This document shows positions 8,475-16,954 of a DNA stretch of 64,000 nucleotides, in pieces; the first letter of the stretch is position 1; each line of letters starts with the position of its first letter. Source of the stretch: an uncultured Bacteroidota bacterium. Lineage in GTDB: Bacteria > Bacteroidota > Bacteroidia > Bacteroidales > JAAUTT01. Both the position numbers and the translations under genes were made by a program. The notes under the pieces were generated by a model. That model saw only the letters and a program-made list of their open reading frames with translations. It ran no database searches and was not told the origin of the DNA. The DNA lies in NCBI GenBank assembly GCA_963846585.1, contig CAWJWO010000018.1, forward strand, positions 427,759 to 491,758, in the 5' to 3' direction.

Positions 8475-9581
8475 ATGGTTATCAATATAGAACTAGTTAC
8501 ATCAGCACTTGCAAAAGTCACACATCCTGCAGTAGGAAACGATATTGTTTCTCTTAACATGGTAAGCGACATTGTTATCAAAGGTCATGAAGTTTCTTTT
8601 ACACTCACTTTTCAAAAATCGACCGACCCGTTAATCACCTCTATAATAAAAGCGTGCAAAATAGCTCTGCAATCTCATATCAGTCCCCATATTGAAATTG
8701 GTGAAATAAAAATTAACAGCGTTCAAACTATTGAACATAAAGAAAATTCCCTTTCAAAAGTTAAGAATATTATTGCAGTATCTTCCGGCAAAGGCGGTGT
8801 TGGAAAGTCGACCATAACTGTCAATATAGCAGTTACCCTTGCAAAACTCGGATATAAAACGGGATTGATCGATGCTGACATTTATGGCCCTTCAATTCCA
8901 AAAATGTTTCATATTGAGGATAGTAAACCGGAAGTGATTGATAAAAATAACATGGATTATATTATCCCAATTATTCAAAATGGAATTAAGATTTTATCCG
9001 TAGGATTTTTTGTGAAACCAACTGATGCTTTAGTCTGGAGGGGCCCAATGGCCACCAATGCATTGCGTCAGTTAATCCATAACGGAGACTGGGGTGAACT
9101 CGATTTTTTATTGATTGATATGCCTCCTGGCACAGGAGATGTACATTTAACTATAGTACAGGAAATGTCAATAACAGGTGCAGTAATAGTTAGTACTCCT
9201 CAGCAGGTGGCTCTCGCTGATGCAATTAAAAGTATCAACATGTTTAAAGGTGAAAAAATTAATGTGCCAATACTGGGCCTTGTTGAAAATATGGCGTGGT
9301 TTACACCTGAAGAATTACCAGAAAACAAATATTTCATTTTTGGAAAGGATGGATGTAAAAAGTTAGCTGAATCAACTGGTGTACCATTTCTTGGCCAAAT
9401 CCCAATTATTCAAAGTATTTGTGAAGACGCTGATAATGGAACACCGTCAGCCTTAACCGATAACTCAACAGCAAAATTTGCCTTTAGCGATCTGGTAAAA
9501 AAACTTATCGAAGAAGTTGACCGGAGAAATGCCACTCTTGAACCTACACGCAGAATAGAAATTATCAAAAAAATGCACTAA
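8475..9581 (+). CDS. apbC: Mrp/NBP35-family Fe-S cluster carrier ATPase (ApbC)
   Basis: 368 aa. N-terminal DUF59-like domain, deviant Walker A SGKGGVGKST, and DMPPGTGD. Confidence 0.9.
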   Translation: MVINIELVTSALAKVTHPAVGNDIVSLNMVSDIVIKGHEVSFTLTFQKSTDPLITSIIKACKIALQSHISPHIEIGEIKINSVQTIEHKENSLSKVKNIIAVSSGKGGVGKSTITVNIAVTLAKLGYKTGLIDADIYGPSIPKMFHIEDSKPEVIDKNNMDYIIPIIQNGIKILSVGFFVKPTDALVWRGPMATNALRQLIHNGDWGELDFLLIDMPPGTGDVHLTIVQEMSITGAVIVSTPQQVALADAIKSINMFKGEKINVPILGLVENMAWFTPEELPENKYFIFGKDGCKKLAESTGVPFLGQIPIIQSICEDADNGTPSALTDNSTAKFAFSDLVKKLIEEVDRRNATLEPTRRIEIIKKMH

Positions 9582-9658
9582 AGAATAGTTGTTGGTTGTT
9601 AGTTATTAGTTGCAAGTTACAGGTTACAGGTTACAGGTTACAGGTTACAGGTTGCAGG
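9582..9658. repeat. Word array R6
   Basis: GTTGTTGGTTGTTAGTTATTAGTTGC followed by the heptamer AGGTTAC x5 and GTTGCAGG. It creates a spurious 44-codon N-terminal extension of the next ORF. Confidence 0.9.
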
Positions 9659-9727
9659 AACAAAATTACATCCTTTACAAAATATTCCTTGAATTTTATA
9701 GTTATCAATAAAATAACTGTCATATTA

Positions 9728-12373
9728 GTGAATAGAATTATTAGAATAGTATTAGTACTTCAATGGCTGGTTGTTCTTTTAATGGCTTCGTGCTCAAACC
9801 AGAAAAACACCTCTGCAACCAGGGCTTATCATAACCTTACCGCACATTTCAATGTTTTATTTAACGGGCAGGAAAGTTATAAGAAAGGTTTAAAGAAGAT
9901 AGATGCTACATTTAAAGACGATTATTCAAGGGTTTTGCCAATATTTACTTATGGAAACGATGCAATATCTAAAGCTGTTGCACCTGATATGAATGTTGCA
10001 ATAAAAAAAGCCGGCAAACTGATTGCCCTTCACTCAATAAAAGCCAAACCTAAAATGAAAAAAGGTCATTTGAGCCAGCGTGAAAAAGAATTCTACGATA
10101 AAAATGAATACAATAAATGGGTAGATGTTGCTTACCTTATGATGGCCAAAGCCAATTTTTATAAACACTTTTATAAACCCGCGTCAGATATATTAATTTT
10201 TGTAGAAAGGGAATTTGAAAAACTGCCAGCCCAATTTGAAGCCTTGATATGGCAGGCACGAATTTATTCCGAAAACAAAGAATATGCTGATGCTGAACGA
10301 ATTCTTACCAGATTGGAAGGAGATAATAATTTCCCTGAAAAATTAAAATTTGATTTATATAGTACTATAGCAGATGTTGCTTTAAAACAAAATCAATATG
10401 AAGGCGCTATAAAACCTTTAAACAAAGCATTAATGCTCGTAAAATCGAGAAAAATAAAACTACGGCATAAATTCATTTTAGCACAAATTTACCAAAAAAC
10501 CGGATCGTTTAAAAATGCTTCAGATTTATATAAATATATAATCAGAAAAAACCCTCCTTATGAAATGAGTTTTAATGCAAGGATAAATCTGGCTTCTACT
10601 GTAGCCAACGGTGATAAAAATACCATTTATATAAAATCACAGTTAAGGAAAATGCTCAGAAATAGAATAAACATCGAATATCAGGATCAAATCTATTACG
10701 CTATGGGGAATTTGGAACTGATAGAAAACAATGAACCTCAGGCAATAATTTATTACAAAAAATCAGTATCAGTAAGTAAAATAAATCAAAATCAGAAAGC
10801 ACTCTCTTGTATTACTCTTGCTGATCTTTTTTACAATAAAAAAAATTACATACCTGCCGAGGCCTATTACGATACCGCACTGCATAATATTAATGAAAAA
10901 TATCCTGATTATGTTAATATCAAATCAAAGGCAGATTGTTTAACACACCTCGTAGAAAATCTGAACACTATTTCACGCGAAGATAGCTTGCAGAAAATAG
11001 CATCTCTTCCGGAAGATGAACGTTTTAAAATTATTGATGAGATAATAAATAACCTGCGGAAAAAGGAAGCAGAAGAACTATTGGCAGAAAAGCAACGCCT
11101 TCAGGAATACAGCAATAACCAAGGCCTTGCAAATCAGGAACCCAATGTACAGGCAAAGTGGTATTTTTACAATCCAATATCAATTGAGCAGGGGATGAAA
11201 GACTTTAAGCTTAAATGGGGGACCCGGCGCCTCGAAGATGACTGGAGGCGTCAAAATAAAGGATCTGCAGATCTCGCTGCCGACACATCCGAATCAGGAA
11301 CTGAAGAGAAAAATCAGGATCAAAAAAAGATAGCAGATAATAAAAAAAGGGAATATTATATCCAGAACTTACCGCTTACTGACTCAATGATGGAAGTTTC
11401 ACATAAAAAAATAATTGATAGCTATTTCTCTGCAGGATTGGTATACAGAAACGAATTAAAAGATCCGCTTCAGGCAGTATTGCTTTATGAAGAAATGCTG
11501 AAACGTTTTCCTGAAAACGAATACAAACTTCCGGTATACTACCAGCAATACATAATGTATTCTGATTTGAATAACAATGAAAAAGCATCATATTATAAAA
11601 CTATGTTGTTAACAAGTTATCCTGACAGTAAGTTCAGCAAAATCATATCTGATCCTGAATATTATAAACAACTTTTAGAGAAGGATAAGGAATGCGATAA
11701 CTTCTATGAATTAACCTATAATCTTTTCAATTCAGGCAATTATTCAAGAGTTATAGAAAATTCCGACAGCGCCTTAAATAAATATAAAAACAATCCTGTT
11801 CTTCCAAAATTTGTTTTTCTTAAAGCGCTTGCAATAGGAAAGACATCCGACATCATGGCTTTTCGAAGCGAATTAAATAATGTTATTACACAATATCCTA
11901 AAGATCAGGTAAGTAATAGTGCAAAAGAAATGTTAACTTACCTGAATAATTATAAACCTGAAACAAAACAACTTGAAGATTATAAAATTGCAGAAGAAAC
12001 TTTCACTGTTGAAGAAAAATCAACTTACATTTTTGCATTGGTAGTTGAAAAACAAGAAGATATAAACCAAATCGCTTTTGATGTAATAAATTATAATCTT
12101 GATAATTTTCCTGATGATCATATGGATGTTACTAATGAACCAGTTGGAAGTAAATATAAAATCATCAGGGTGCAATCGTTTCCTGATCAAAACGCCGCTT
12201 TAAAATATTATAACACTTTTACATCTAAACCAAGTATTTTGAAAAATGTAAAATTCAGCCGAACCCTATTTATAATCTCCCCTTCAAACATACAACTTTT
12301 GGAGAAACAGGAATCAGCCGATGGCTATTTCGAATTTTTTAAAACCCATATTCTTAAAATCACAGAACAGTAA
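9728..12373 (+). CDS. porW: TPR-repeat lipoprotein, probable T9SS component PorW/SprE
   Basis: Start set to the in-frame GTG at 9728, giving signal/lipobox MNRIIRIVLVLQWLVVLLMASC. The mature N-terminus AYHNLTAHFNVLFNG and the ~880-aa TPR-rich body fit my recollection of SprE/PorW. The family name is less certain than the CDS itself. Confidence 0.6.
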   Translation: MNRIIRIVLVLQWLVVLLMASCSNQKNTSATRAYHNLTAHFNVLFNGQESYKKGLKKIDATFKDDYSRVLPIFTYGNDAISKAVAPDMNVAIKKAGKLIALHSIKAKPKMKKGHLSQREKEFYDKNEYNKWVDVAYLMMAKANFYKHFYKPASDILIFVEREFEKLPAQFEALIWQARIYSENKEYADAERILTRLEGDNNFPEKLKFDLYSTIADVALKQNQYEGAIKPLNKALMLVKSRKIKLRHKFILAQIYQKTGSFKNASDLYKYIIRKNPPYEMSFNARINLASTVANGDKNTIYIKSQLRKMLRNRINIEYQDQIYYAMGNLELIENNEPQAIIYYKKSVSVSKINQNQKALSCITLADLFYNKKNYIPAEAYYDTALHNINEKYPDYVNIKSKADCLTHLVENLNTISREDSLQKIASLPEDERFKIIDEIINNLRKKEAEELLAEKQRLQEYSNNQGLANQEPNVQAKWYFYNPISIEQGMKDFKLKWGTRRLEDDWRRQNKGSADLAADTSESGTEEKNQDQKKIADNKKREYYIQNLPLTDSMMEVSHKKIIDSYFSAGLVYRNELKDPLQAVLLYEEMLKRFPENEYKLPVYYQQYIMYSDLNNNEKASYYKTMLLTSYPDSKFSKIISDPEYYKQLLEKDKECDNFYELTYNLFNSGNYSRVIENSDSALNKYKNNPVLPKFVFLKALAIGKTSDIMAFRSELNNVITQYPKDQVSNSAKEMLTYLNNYKPETKQLEDYKIAEETFTVEEKSTYIFALVVEKQEDINQIAFDVINYNLDNFPDDHMDVTNEPVGSKYKIIRVQSFPDQNAALKYYNTFTSKPSILKNVKFSRTLFIISPSNIQLLEKQESADGYFEFFKTHILKITEQ

Positions 12374-12375
12374 CT

Positions 12376-12663
12376 AATTTGAAAATGAGCAAATGAGCAA
12401 ATGAGTGGAAAAGGACGTGAGACGTGGGACGTGGGACGTGAAAAAAAGGACATGAAAATTAATTTGAAAATTTGAAAATGTGCTAATATAAAAATTTTGT
12501 AATTAACAATTTATTATCTGAATTACGTCTTTTGTCTTCTGTCTTTTGTTTTCTGTCTTCTTTTATCTTTCATCTTTTATCTGTCTTTGTAAGTCTCACG
12601 TCCTTTCATGTCCTTTTTCATGTCCCACGTCCCTTTTTGTCTTGGTTCTTGGTTCTTGGTTCT
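12376..12663. repeat. Composite word-array element R7
   Basis: Left half: AAATGAGC x3, GACGTGR x4, AATTTGAAAATTTGAAAATGTGC. Right half: TGTCTTC units, TTTATCTTT units, CACGTCC/CATGTCC units, CTTGGTT x3. GACGTG/CACGTC form complementary arms. The array ends 15 nt before the porX ATG. Confidence 0.9.
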
Positions 12664-12678
12664 AATAAATATATAATT

Positions 12679-14232
12679 ATGAAAAATATATCTGTATTAT
12701 GGGTGGATGACGAAATTGATCTTCTTAAACCTCATATTCTGCTGTTACAGGATCGGGGCTACAAGGTAACTACTTGTAATAATGGAACTGACGCTTTAAT
12801 AGTTGTACAACAGGATGATTTTGACATTATACTTCTGGATGAACATATGGCAGGATTAAGTGGCCTTGAAACACTTAACAAGCTCAAATCAATTACACCA
12901 AATACTCCTGTTATTATGATTACAAAAAATGAAGAGGAAAACCTTATGGAAGATGCCATAGGTTCTAAAATTACAGATTACCTTATCAAACCTGTAAATC
13001 CGAAACAGATTCTATTGACTATCAAAAAAAATACAGAACAAAAAAAACTGGTTTCACTAAAAACATCAACAGTTTATCAATCGGAGTTTTTGAATATAAG
13101 TAATTTGATTAGTTACGCGAATACTTATGCCGACTGGGTTAATTTATATAAAATTTTAGTTTACTGGGAAATTGAACTCGAAAAATTGAATGATCCCGGA
13201 ATGTTTTCGATTCTCCAATCACAACACAGTGAAGCCAACCAGAAATTTGCTAAATTCATAAAGCAAAATTATTTAACCTGGTTCGACGGAAAAGGTGATA
13301 AACCAATAATGTCACAAAATTTGATGAAGGAAAATATTGTACCCTACATCAAACCGGGAGATAATGTCTTTCTGATAGTAATTGATAATCTTCGCCTGGA
13401 CCAATGGAAAATACTTAGCCCCGTTTTATGTGAATATTTCAGGATAGAGCGTGAAGAATTGTATTTCTCCATACTCCCAACGGTTACCCAGTATGCCCGC
13501 AATTCTATTTTTGCCGGTCTTATGCCATTATCAATCAGGAAAATATATCCCAACCTTTGGGATGATAATGACGAAGACGAAATGAATAACCAATATGAAG
13601 AGGACCTTATGAGGCTTCAGCTTTCACGGCTTGGCGTGAAATGCAGGTTTGCTTATGAAAAAATAAGCAATCAGAAAACAGGCAATAAAGTACTTGAAAA
13701 TATAAATAATTATTTTAATTATGATTTCAGCATATTGGTATATAATTTCGTGGATATCCTTTCTCATGCACGGACAAGCCAGGAAACCATCCGTGAACTA
13801 TCAACCGATGAAGCTGCCTACAGGGCTCTAACTCTTTCGTGGTTTCAACATTCATACCTGTTTGAATTGTTAAAAGTCCTCGCCGAAGAAAACTGTAAAG
13901 TAATCATAACTACCGATCATGGTTCCACTAAGGTCGGCAACCCTATCAAAATTATCGGCGATAGGGATACATCTGTAAACCTCCGTTATAAACAAGGAAA
14001 AAACCTGAAATATAACCCTAAAGAAGTGTTTGAGATTAAAAATCCGGAAGTTGCACACCTTCCACGTTTCAATATTAGTACCAGCTATATATTTTCAACG
14101 GGGGACGATTTTATGGCATACCCCAACAATTTTAATCATTATGCCAGTTATTACAAAAATACTTTTCAACATGGCGGAGTTTCGCTTGAGGAAATGATTA
14201 TTCCCTTTGTAGTGCTGAACCCTTTAAAATAG
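12679..14232 (+). CDS. porX: Response regulator with PglZ (alkaline-phosphatase-fold) output domain; T9SS regulator PorX
   Basis: Start moved to the ATG at 12679 (MKNISVLWVDDE). CheY receiver with DD...D and KP. The C-terminal PglZ motifs IVIDNLRLDQW and TTDHGS match the architecture of PorX. Confidence 0.8.
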   Translation: MKNISVLWVDDEIDLLKPHILLLQDRGYKVTTCNNGTDALIVVQQDDFDIILLDEHMAGLSGLETLNKLKSITPNTPVIMITKNEEENLMEDAIGSKITDYLIKPVNPKQILLTIKKNTEQKKLVSLKTSTVYQSEFLNISNLISYANTYADWVNLYKILVYWEIELEKLNDPGMFSILQSQHSEANQKFAKFIKQNYLTWFDGKGDKPIMSQNLMKENIVPYIKPGDNVFLIVIDNLRLDQWKILSPVLCEYFRIEREELYFSILPTVTQYARNSIFAGLMPLSIRKIYPNLWDDNDEDEMNNQYEEDLMRLQLSRLGVKCRFAYEKISNQKTGNKVLENINNYFNYDFSILVYNFVDILSHARTSQETIRELSTDEAAYRALTLSWFQHSYLFELLKVLAEENCKVIITTDHGSTKVGNPIKIIGDRDTSVNLRYKQGKNLKYNPKEVFEIKNPEVAHLPRFNISTSYIFSTGDDFMAYPNNFNHYASYYKNTFQHGGVSLEEMIIPFVVLNPLK

Positions 14233-14365
14233 TAGTAAGTCGTAAGTATTTATATCTTATTTGCAAGTTACAAGTTGCAGGTTGCAGATTTCAGGTCCTT
14301 TCACGTCCCATGTCCTTTTTTTCACGTCCATTGTCTTTGTTCCTGGCTCTTGGTTCCTGGCTCTA
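14230..14365. repeat. Composite word-array element R8
   Basis: TAGTAGTAAGTCGTAAG (includes the porX stop), GCAAGTTACAAGTTGCAGGTTGCAG, CACGTCC/CATGTCC units, CCTGGCTCTTGGTTCCTGGCTC. It ends 6 nt from the stop of the minus-strand DUF4197 gene. Confidence 0.9.
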
Positions 14366-14371
14366 TTTTTT

Positions 14372-15088
14372 TCAGTTGCCAAACACTTTCTTTAGCAATT
14401 CCGATGTGCGGGCCATAGGATCTTTACGAATCTTATCTTCCTCCTTTGCAATCATTATAAACAATCCGTCAATAGCCTTTCCGGTAACGTATTCAGTAAG
14501 ATTTGGGTTCATTTTCTTAACAAAAGGAATCCTGTTATAAGCTTTAATAAGTTCTTCCCAATGTTTGGTTGCCTCTACCTTATCCAATGAAGCTTTTATT
14601 GAAGGTCTGAATTTTTCGTTTAGTTGAGGCGAGGTGTTTTTTTTGAGATACATGGTAGCTGCATCATTATTGCCTTTCACTATATTGATTGCATCCTTTA
14701 CGCTCATGTTTTTAATTGCATCAATAAATATATCCTTTGCATCCTTTGAAGCATCTTCAGCTGCCCTGTTAAGAGATAAAACCATTTCGTCAACCTGTTT
14801 TCCCATACCTATGGATTTCAGTTTTGACTCCATTTCTTTAGCCTCAGGAGGAAATGGAATTTTAATTTCCGGGTTTCCAAAATAACCATTCTCCTTTGAA
14901 ACAATATTAACACTGTTGCCTGTACCATTTACCAGGGCTTCCTTAATTCCATCAGCAGCTTCGCTCTCACTAAAACCACCGCCATTTTGCCCCATAATTG
15001 CTTTTGCATCATTTAACAATTGTGCTTCCATTTTATTTTCAGCTGTTGTAAACACTACAATTATTAATACCAATAGCATTTTTTTCAT
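14372..15088 (-). CDS. DUF4197 domain secreted protein
   Basis: 238 aa with a signal peptide. The stretch ADGIKEALVNGTGNSVNIVSKENGYFGNPEIKIPFPPEA is typical of DUF4197. Confidence 0.7.
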   Translation of the reverse strand: MKKMLLVLIIVVFTTAENKMEAQLLNDAKAIMGQNGGGFSESEAADGIKEALVNGTGNSVNIVSKENGYFGNPEIKIPFPPEAKEMESKLKSIGMGKQVDEMVLSLNRAAEDASKDAKDIFIDAIKNMSVKDAINIVKGNNDAATMYLKKNTSPQLNEKFRPSIKASLDKVEATKHWEELIKAYNRIPFVKKMNPNLTEYVTGKAIDGLFIMIAKEEDKIRKDPMARTSELLKKVFGN

Positions 15089-15159
15089 ATTAAATATTTT
15101 TACTGCCGAAGGTAATATTTTAATTTCAAATCATTGTTGTACGGATAAAATACTATCTC

Positions 15160-15289
15160 GTCCCTGACGGGACTTTCTGTTATTATTATTTCATTATCTG
15201 CCAATATGTTGTCCCTACGGGACTATCCCGTCAGGGATTAAATATTGGTAGAAACAAATTCACCCCTGCATTTAAGTCCCGTTAGGGAC
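15160..15289. repeat. Cluster of GTCCC-N3-4-GGGAC mini-hairpins
   Basis: GTCCCTGACGGGAC (15160-15173). A long imperfect palindrome CTGCCAATATGTTGTCCCTACGGGA / TCCCGTCAGGGATTAAATATTGGTAG (15198-15251). GTCCCGTTAGGGAC (15276-15289). Confidence 0.85.
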
Positions 15290-15381
15290 GGCATATTTAC
15301 ATTCAGAATAATTTGACATTTTTTACAAATCAATAGTGATTTAAAATAAATTTTCTTCAAAATTTTGAATAATCAAAAAAA

Positions 15382-15414
15382 ATACTTTACTTTGATAAAG
15401 TATATACTATACTT
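15382..15414 (+). promoter_or_regulatory. Candidate oriT for the MobV relaxase (overlapping inverted repeats)
   Basis: ATACTTTA-cTTTGA-TAAAGTAT (15382-15403) overlaps AAGTATA-TAC-TATACTT (15398-15414). The shared TAAAGTATA arm and overlapping-IR layout resemble the pMV158-type MobV oriT as I recall it. It lies about 220 nt upstream of mob. Confidence 0.45.
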
Positions 15415-15497
15415 CATATTTAAGTTTTAACAGGTATATCGCATTTTGATACTGCTACTAACTAATCCTGAGCAATTAATAATAGTTAATTAATATA

Positions 15498-15617
15498 GGG
15501 TACCTCTAAAGGCCTCAAATTTGAGGCGGGCAAAAATTTTAAACCGGAGTTTACTTACAGTAAATGAGGATTTAAAATTTGAAGCCCAACAAAAAAGTTG
15601 AGGTTTTTAGAGGTGCC
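15498..15617 (-). repeat. Nested-hairpin repeat, copy B (subfamily 1, inverted relative to A)
   Basis: Outer stem GGGTACCTCTAAAGGCCTCAA / TTGAGGTTTTTAGAGGTGCCC. Inner stem GGGCAAAAATTTTAAACC / GGATTTAAAATTTGAAGCCC. Core GGAGTTTAC-TTACA-GTAAATGAGG. Near-identical to the reverse complement of copy A. It ends 17 nt before the mob ATG. Confidence 0.9.
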
Positions 15618-15634
15618 CTTAAACTTCAAAAATT

Positions 15635-16708
15635 ATGACACAATTTGCAGTACTACACATCGAGAAAAACAAGGGCAGTCAAATAGGCTTAAGTAAACAC
15701 ATCAGCCGGGAAACAATCCCTGCAAACGCTGATCCTTCAAGATTGTACCTTAATGAAACTCCTGTTGGTTCAAGGAATCAAATGCAAGACATAAAGGATC
15801 GGATAAAGGAAGGTGTGACTCAAAAAACTGCTATCAGGAAAGATGCAGTAAAAGCAATGCAAATAATTTTAACCGGCAGCCACGAACAGATGAAAGTTAT
15901 TGAAAGCAACGGACTTTTAAAAGACTGGATGAAACAAAATATATCCTGGCTTGATAAAACATTCGGAAAAGCTAACGTAGTGAATGTTACCTTACACATG
16001 GATGAATTAACCCCTCATGTTCATGCTACTGTTGTACCTATAACTTCCGACGGACGATTATGTGCAAAGGATTTCATGTCAAAGGAACACCTGAAAGGTT
16101 ATCAGACAAGTTACGCCAAAGCAATGGAACCTTTTGGCCTGAGCCGCGGTTTGGAAGGAAGCAGGGCTAAACATCAGGATGTAAAACAGTATTACGCTAA
16201 ACTGAATTACGAACTTCCAAAAATTAATAAGGAAATTGAGGAAAAACAAGAAACGGTAAAAGTACTTAAAAATGAAATCAGGGTTGATACAGCCTGGAAA
16301 ACCGTCACAGGTATTGTTGATGGATTTGCAAAGCGAAAAGAAAATAAGGACAAAGAAGATGAAATTGCTTCTTTAAAGAAAACAGCAGAACAACTTTCAA
16401 TTGATCTTAATAATTTACAGAAAGAGTTTGCTAAATCCAAATTAGAATTGAATAATACTAAAAAAGAATTTTCAACTTTACATGCTGAGATAGATAAATC
16501 AATGCAAGAAGGTTTAAAACAAGCCGTCCATACAATTAATCATTTGATATATAGCCAAATTGAAAAACCATTATTTCAATTTGAACTAATATACAAAAAG
16601 GAAAAGCCTGTAATAGAATTAAAACTTATTAAACCAACCAATCATGTGCCTACAGTGGAAGAAATAATGGGCAAAAATGTAAGAAAAAGAAATTTGGAGC
16701 GGTTGTAG
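15635..16708 (+). CDS. MobV-family (Mob_Pre) conjugative relaxase
   Basis: 357 aa. The N-terminal relaxase motifs align with MobM of pMV158: LHIEKNKG...SKHISRE, IRKDAV, and the metal-binding HMDELTPHVHATVVP (HxDE...PHxH). The C-terminal half is coiled-coil. The stop codon lies inside the first GGTTGTAGA repeat word. Confidence 0.85.
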   Translation: MTQFAVLHIEKNKGSQIGLSKHISRETIPANADPSRLYLNETPVGSRNQMQDIKDRIKEGVTQKTAIRKDAVKAMQIILTGSHEQMKVIESNGLLKDWMKQNISWLDKTFGKANVVNVTLHMDELTPHVHATVVPITSDGRLCAKDFMSKEHLKGYQTSYAKAMEPFGLSRGLEGSRAKHQDVKQYYAKLNYELPKINKEIEEKQETVKVLKNEIRVDTAWKTVTGIVDGFAKRKENKDKEDEIASLKKTAEQLSIDLNNLQKEFAKSKLELNNTKKEFSTLHAEIDKSMQEGLKQAVHTINHLIYSQIEKPLFQFELIYKKEKPVIELKLIKPTNHVPTVEEIMGKNVRKRNLERL

Positions 16709-16797
16709 AAAAGGTTGTAGAGGTTATAGAAAAAGGTTGTAGAGGTTGTAGAGGTTGTAGAGGTTGTAGAGGTTGTAGAGGTTGTAAAGGTTGTAGT
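16701..16797. repeat. Tandem 9-mer array R9 (GGTTGTAGA)
   Basis: GGTTGTAGA repeated about 10 times with A-rich interruptions; 5 perfect consecutive copies run from 16735. The TAG of the first unit terminates mob. Confidence 0.9.
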
Positions 16798-16844
16798 TCT
16801 TATAATACTGTTTAGTATCTGTCTTTAAAGTGCATTGTTTGGAT

Positions 16845-16946
16845 CATAAAGTTCGTAGCCGAGGCTTGCGAAGATTAAAAATCAGGAGTTTACTAAAGTA
16901 AATGACTGATTTTTAGGCGAGCGTAACGAAGGATACGGACTTTATG
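16845..16946 (-). repeat. Nested-hairpin repeat, copy C (subfamily 2)
   Basis: Outer stem CATAAAGTTCGTA / TACGGACTTTATG. Inner stem TTAAAAATCAG / CTGATTTTTAG. Core GGAGTTTAC-TAAA-GTAAATGAC. Flanking CGAGGCTTGCGAAG and CGAGCGTAACGAAG. It lies 8 nt downstream of the minus-strand SPOR gene stop. Confidence 0.85.
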
Positions 16947-16954
16947 AACAAACA

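Noticed and set aside
9596-9727. N-terminal extensions in the ORF track for the PorW-like gene (9596), porX (12532) and rfbB (21759)
   Set aside because: The extensions are read through word arrays (for example VTGYRLQVTG from AGGTTAC repeats). Internal starts at 9728, 12679 and 21798 give canonical N-termini (lipoprotein signal, receiver domain, GGAGFIGSH Rossmann start).
15498-16946. Calling the hairpin copies B and C terminal inverted repeats of a transposon carrying mob
   Set aside because: B and C are in the same orientation and belong to different subfamilies. No transposase or target-site duplication was found. This is kept only as a hypothesis in the findings.
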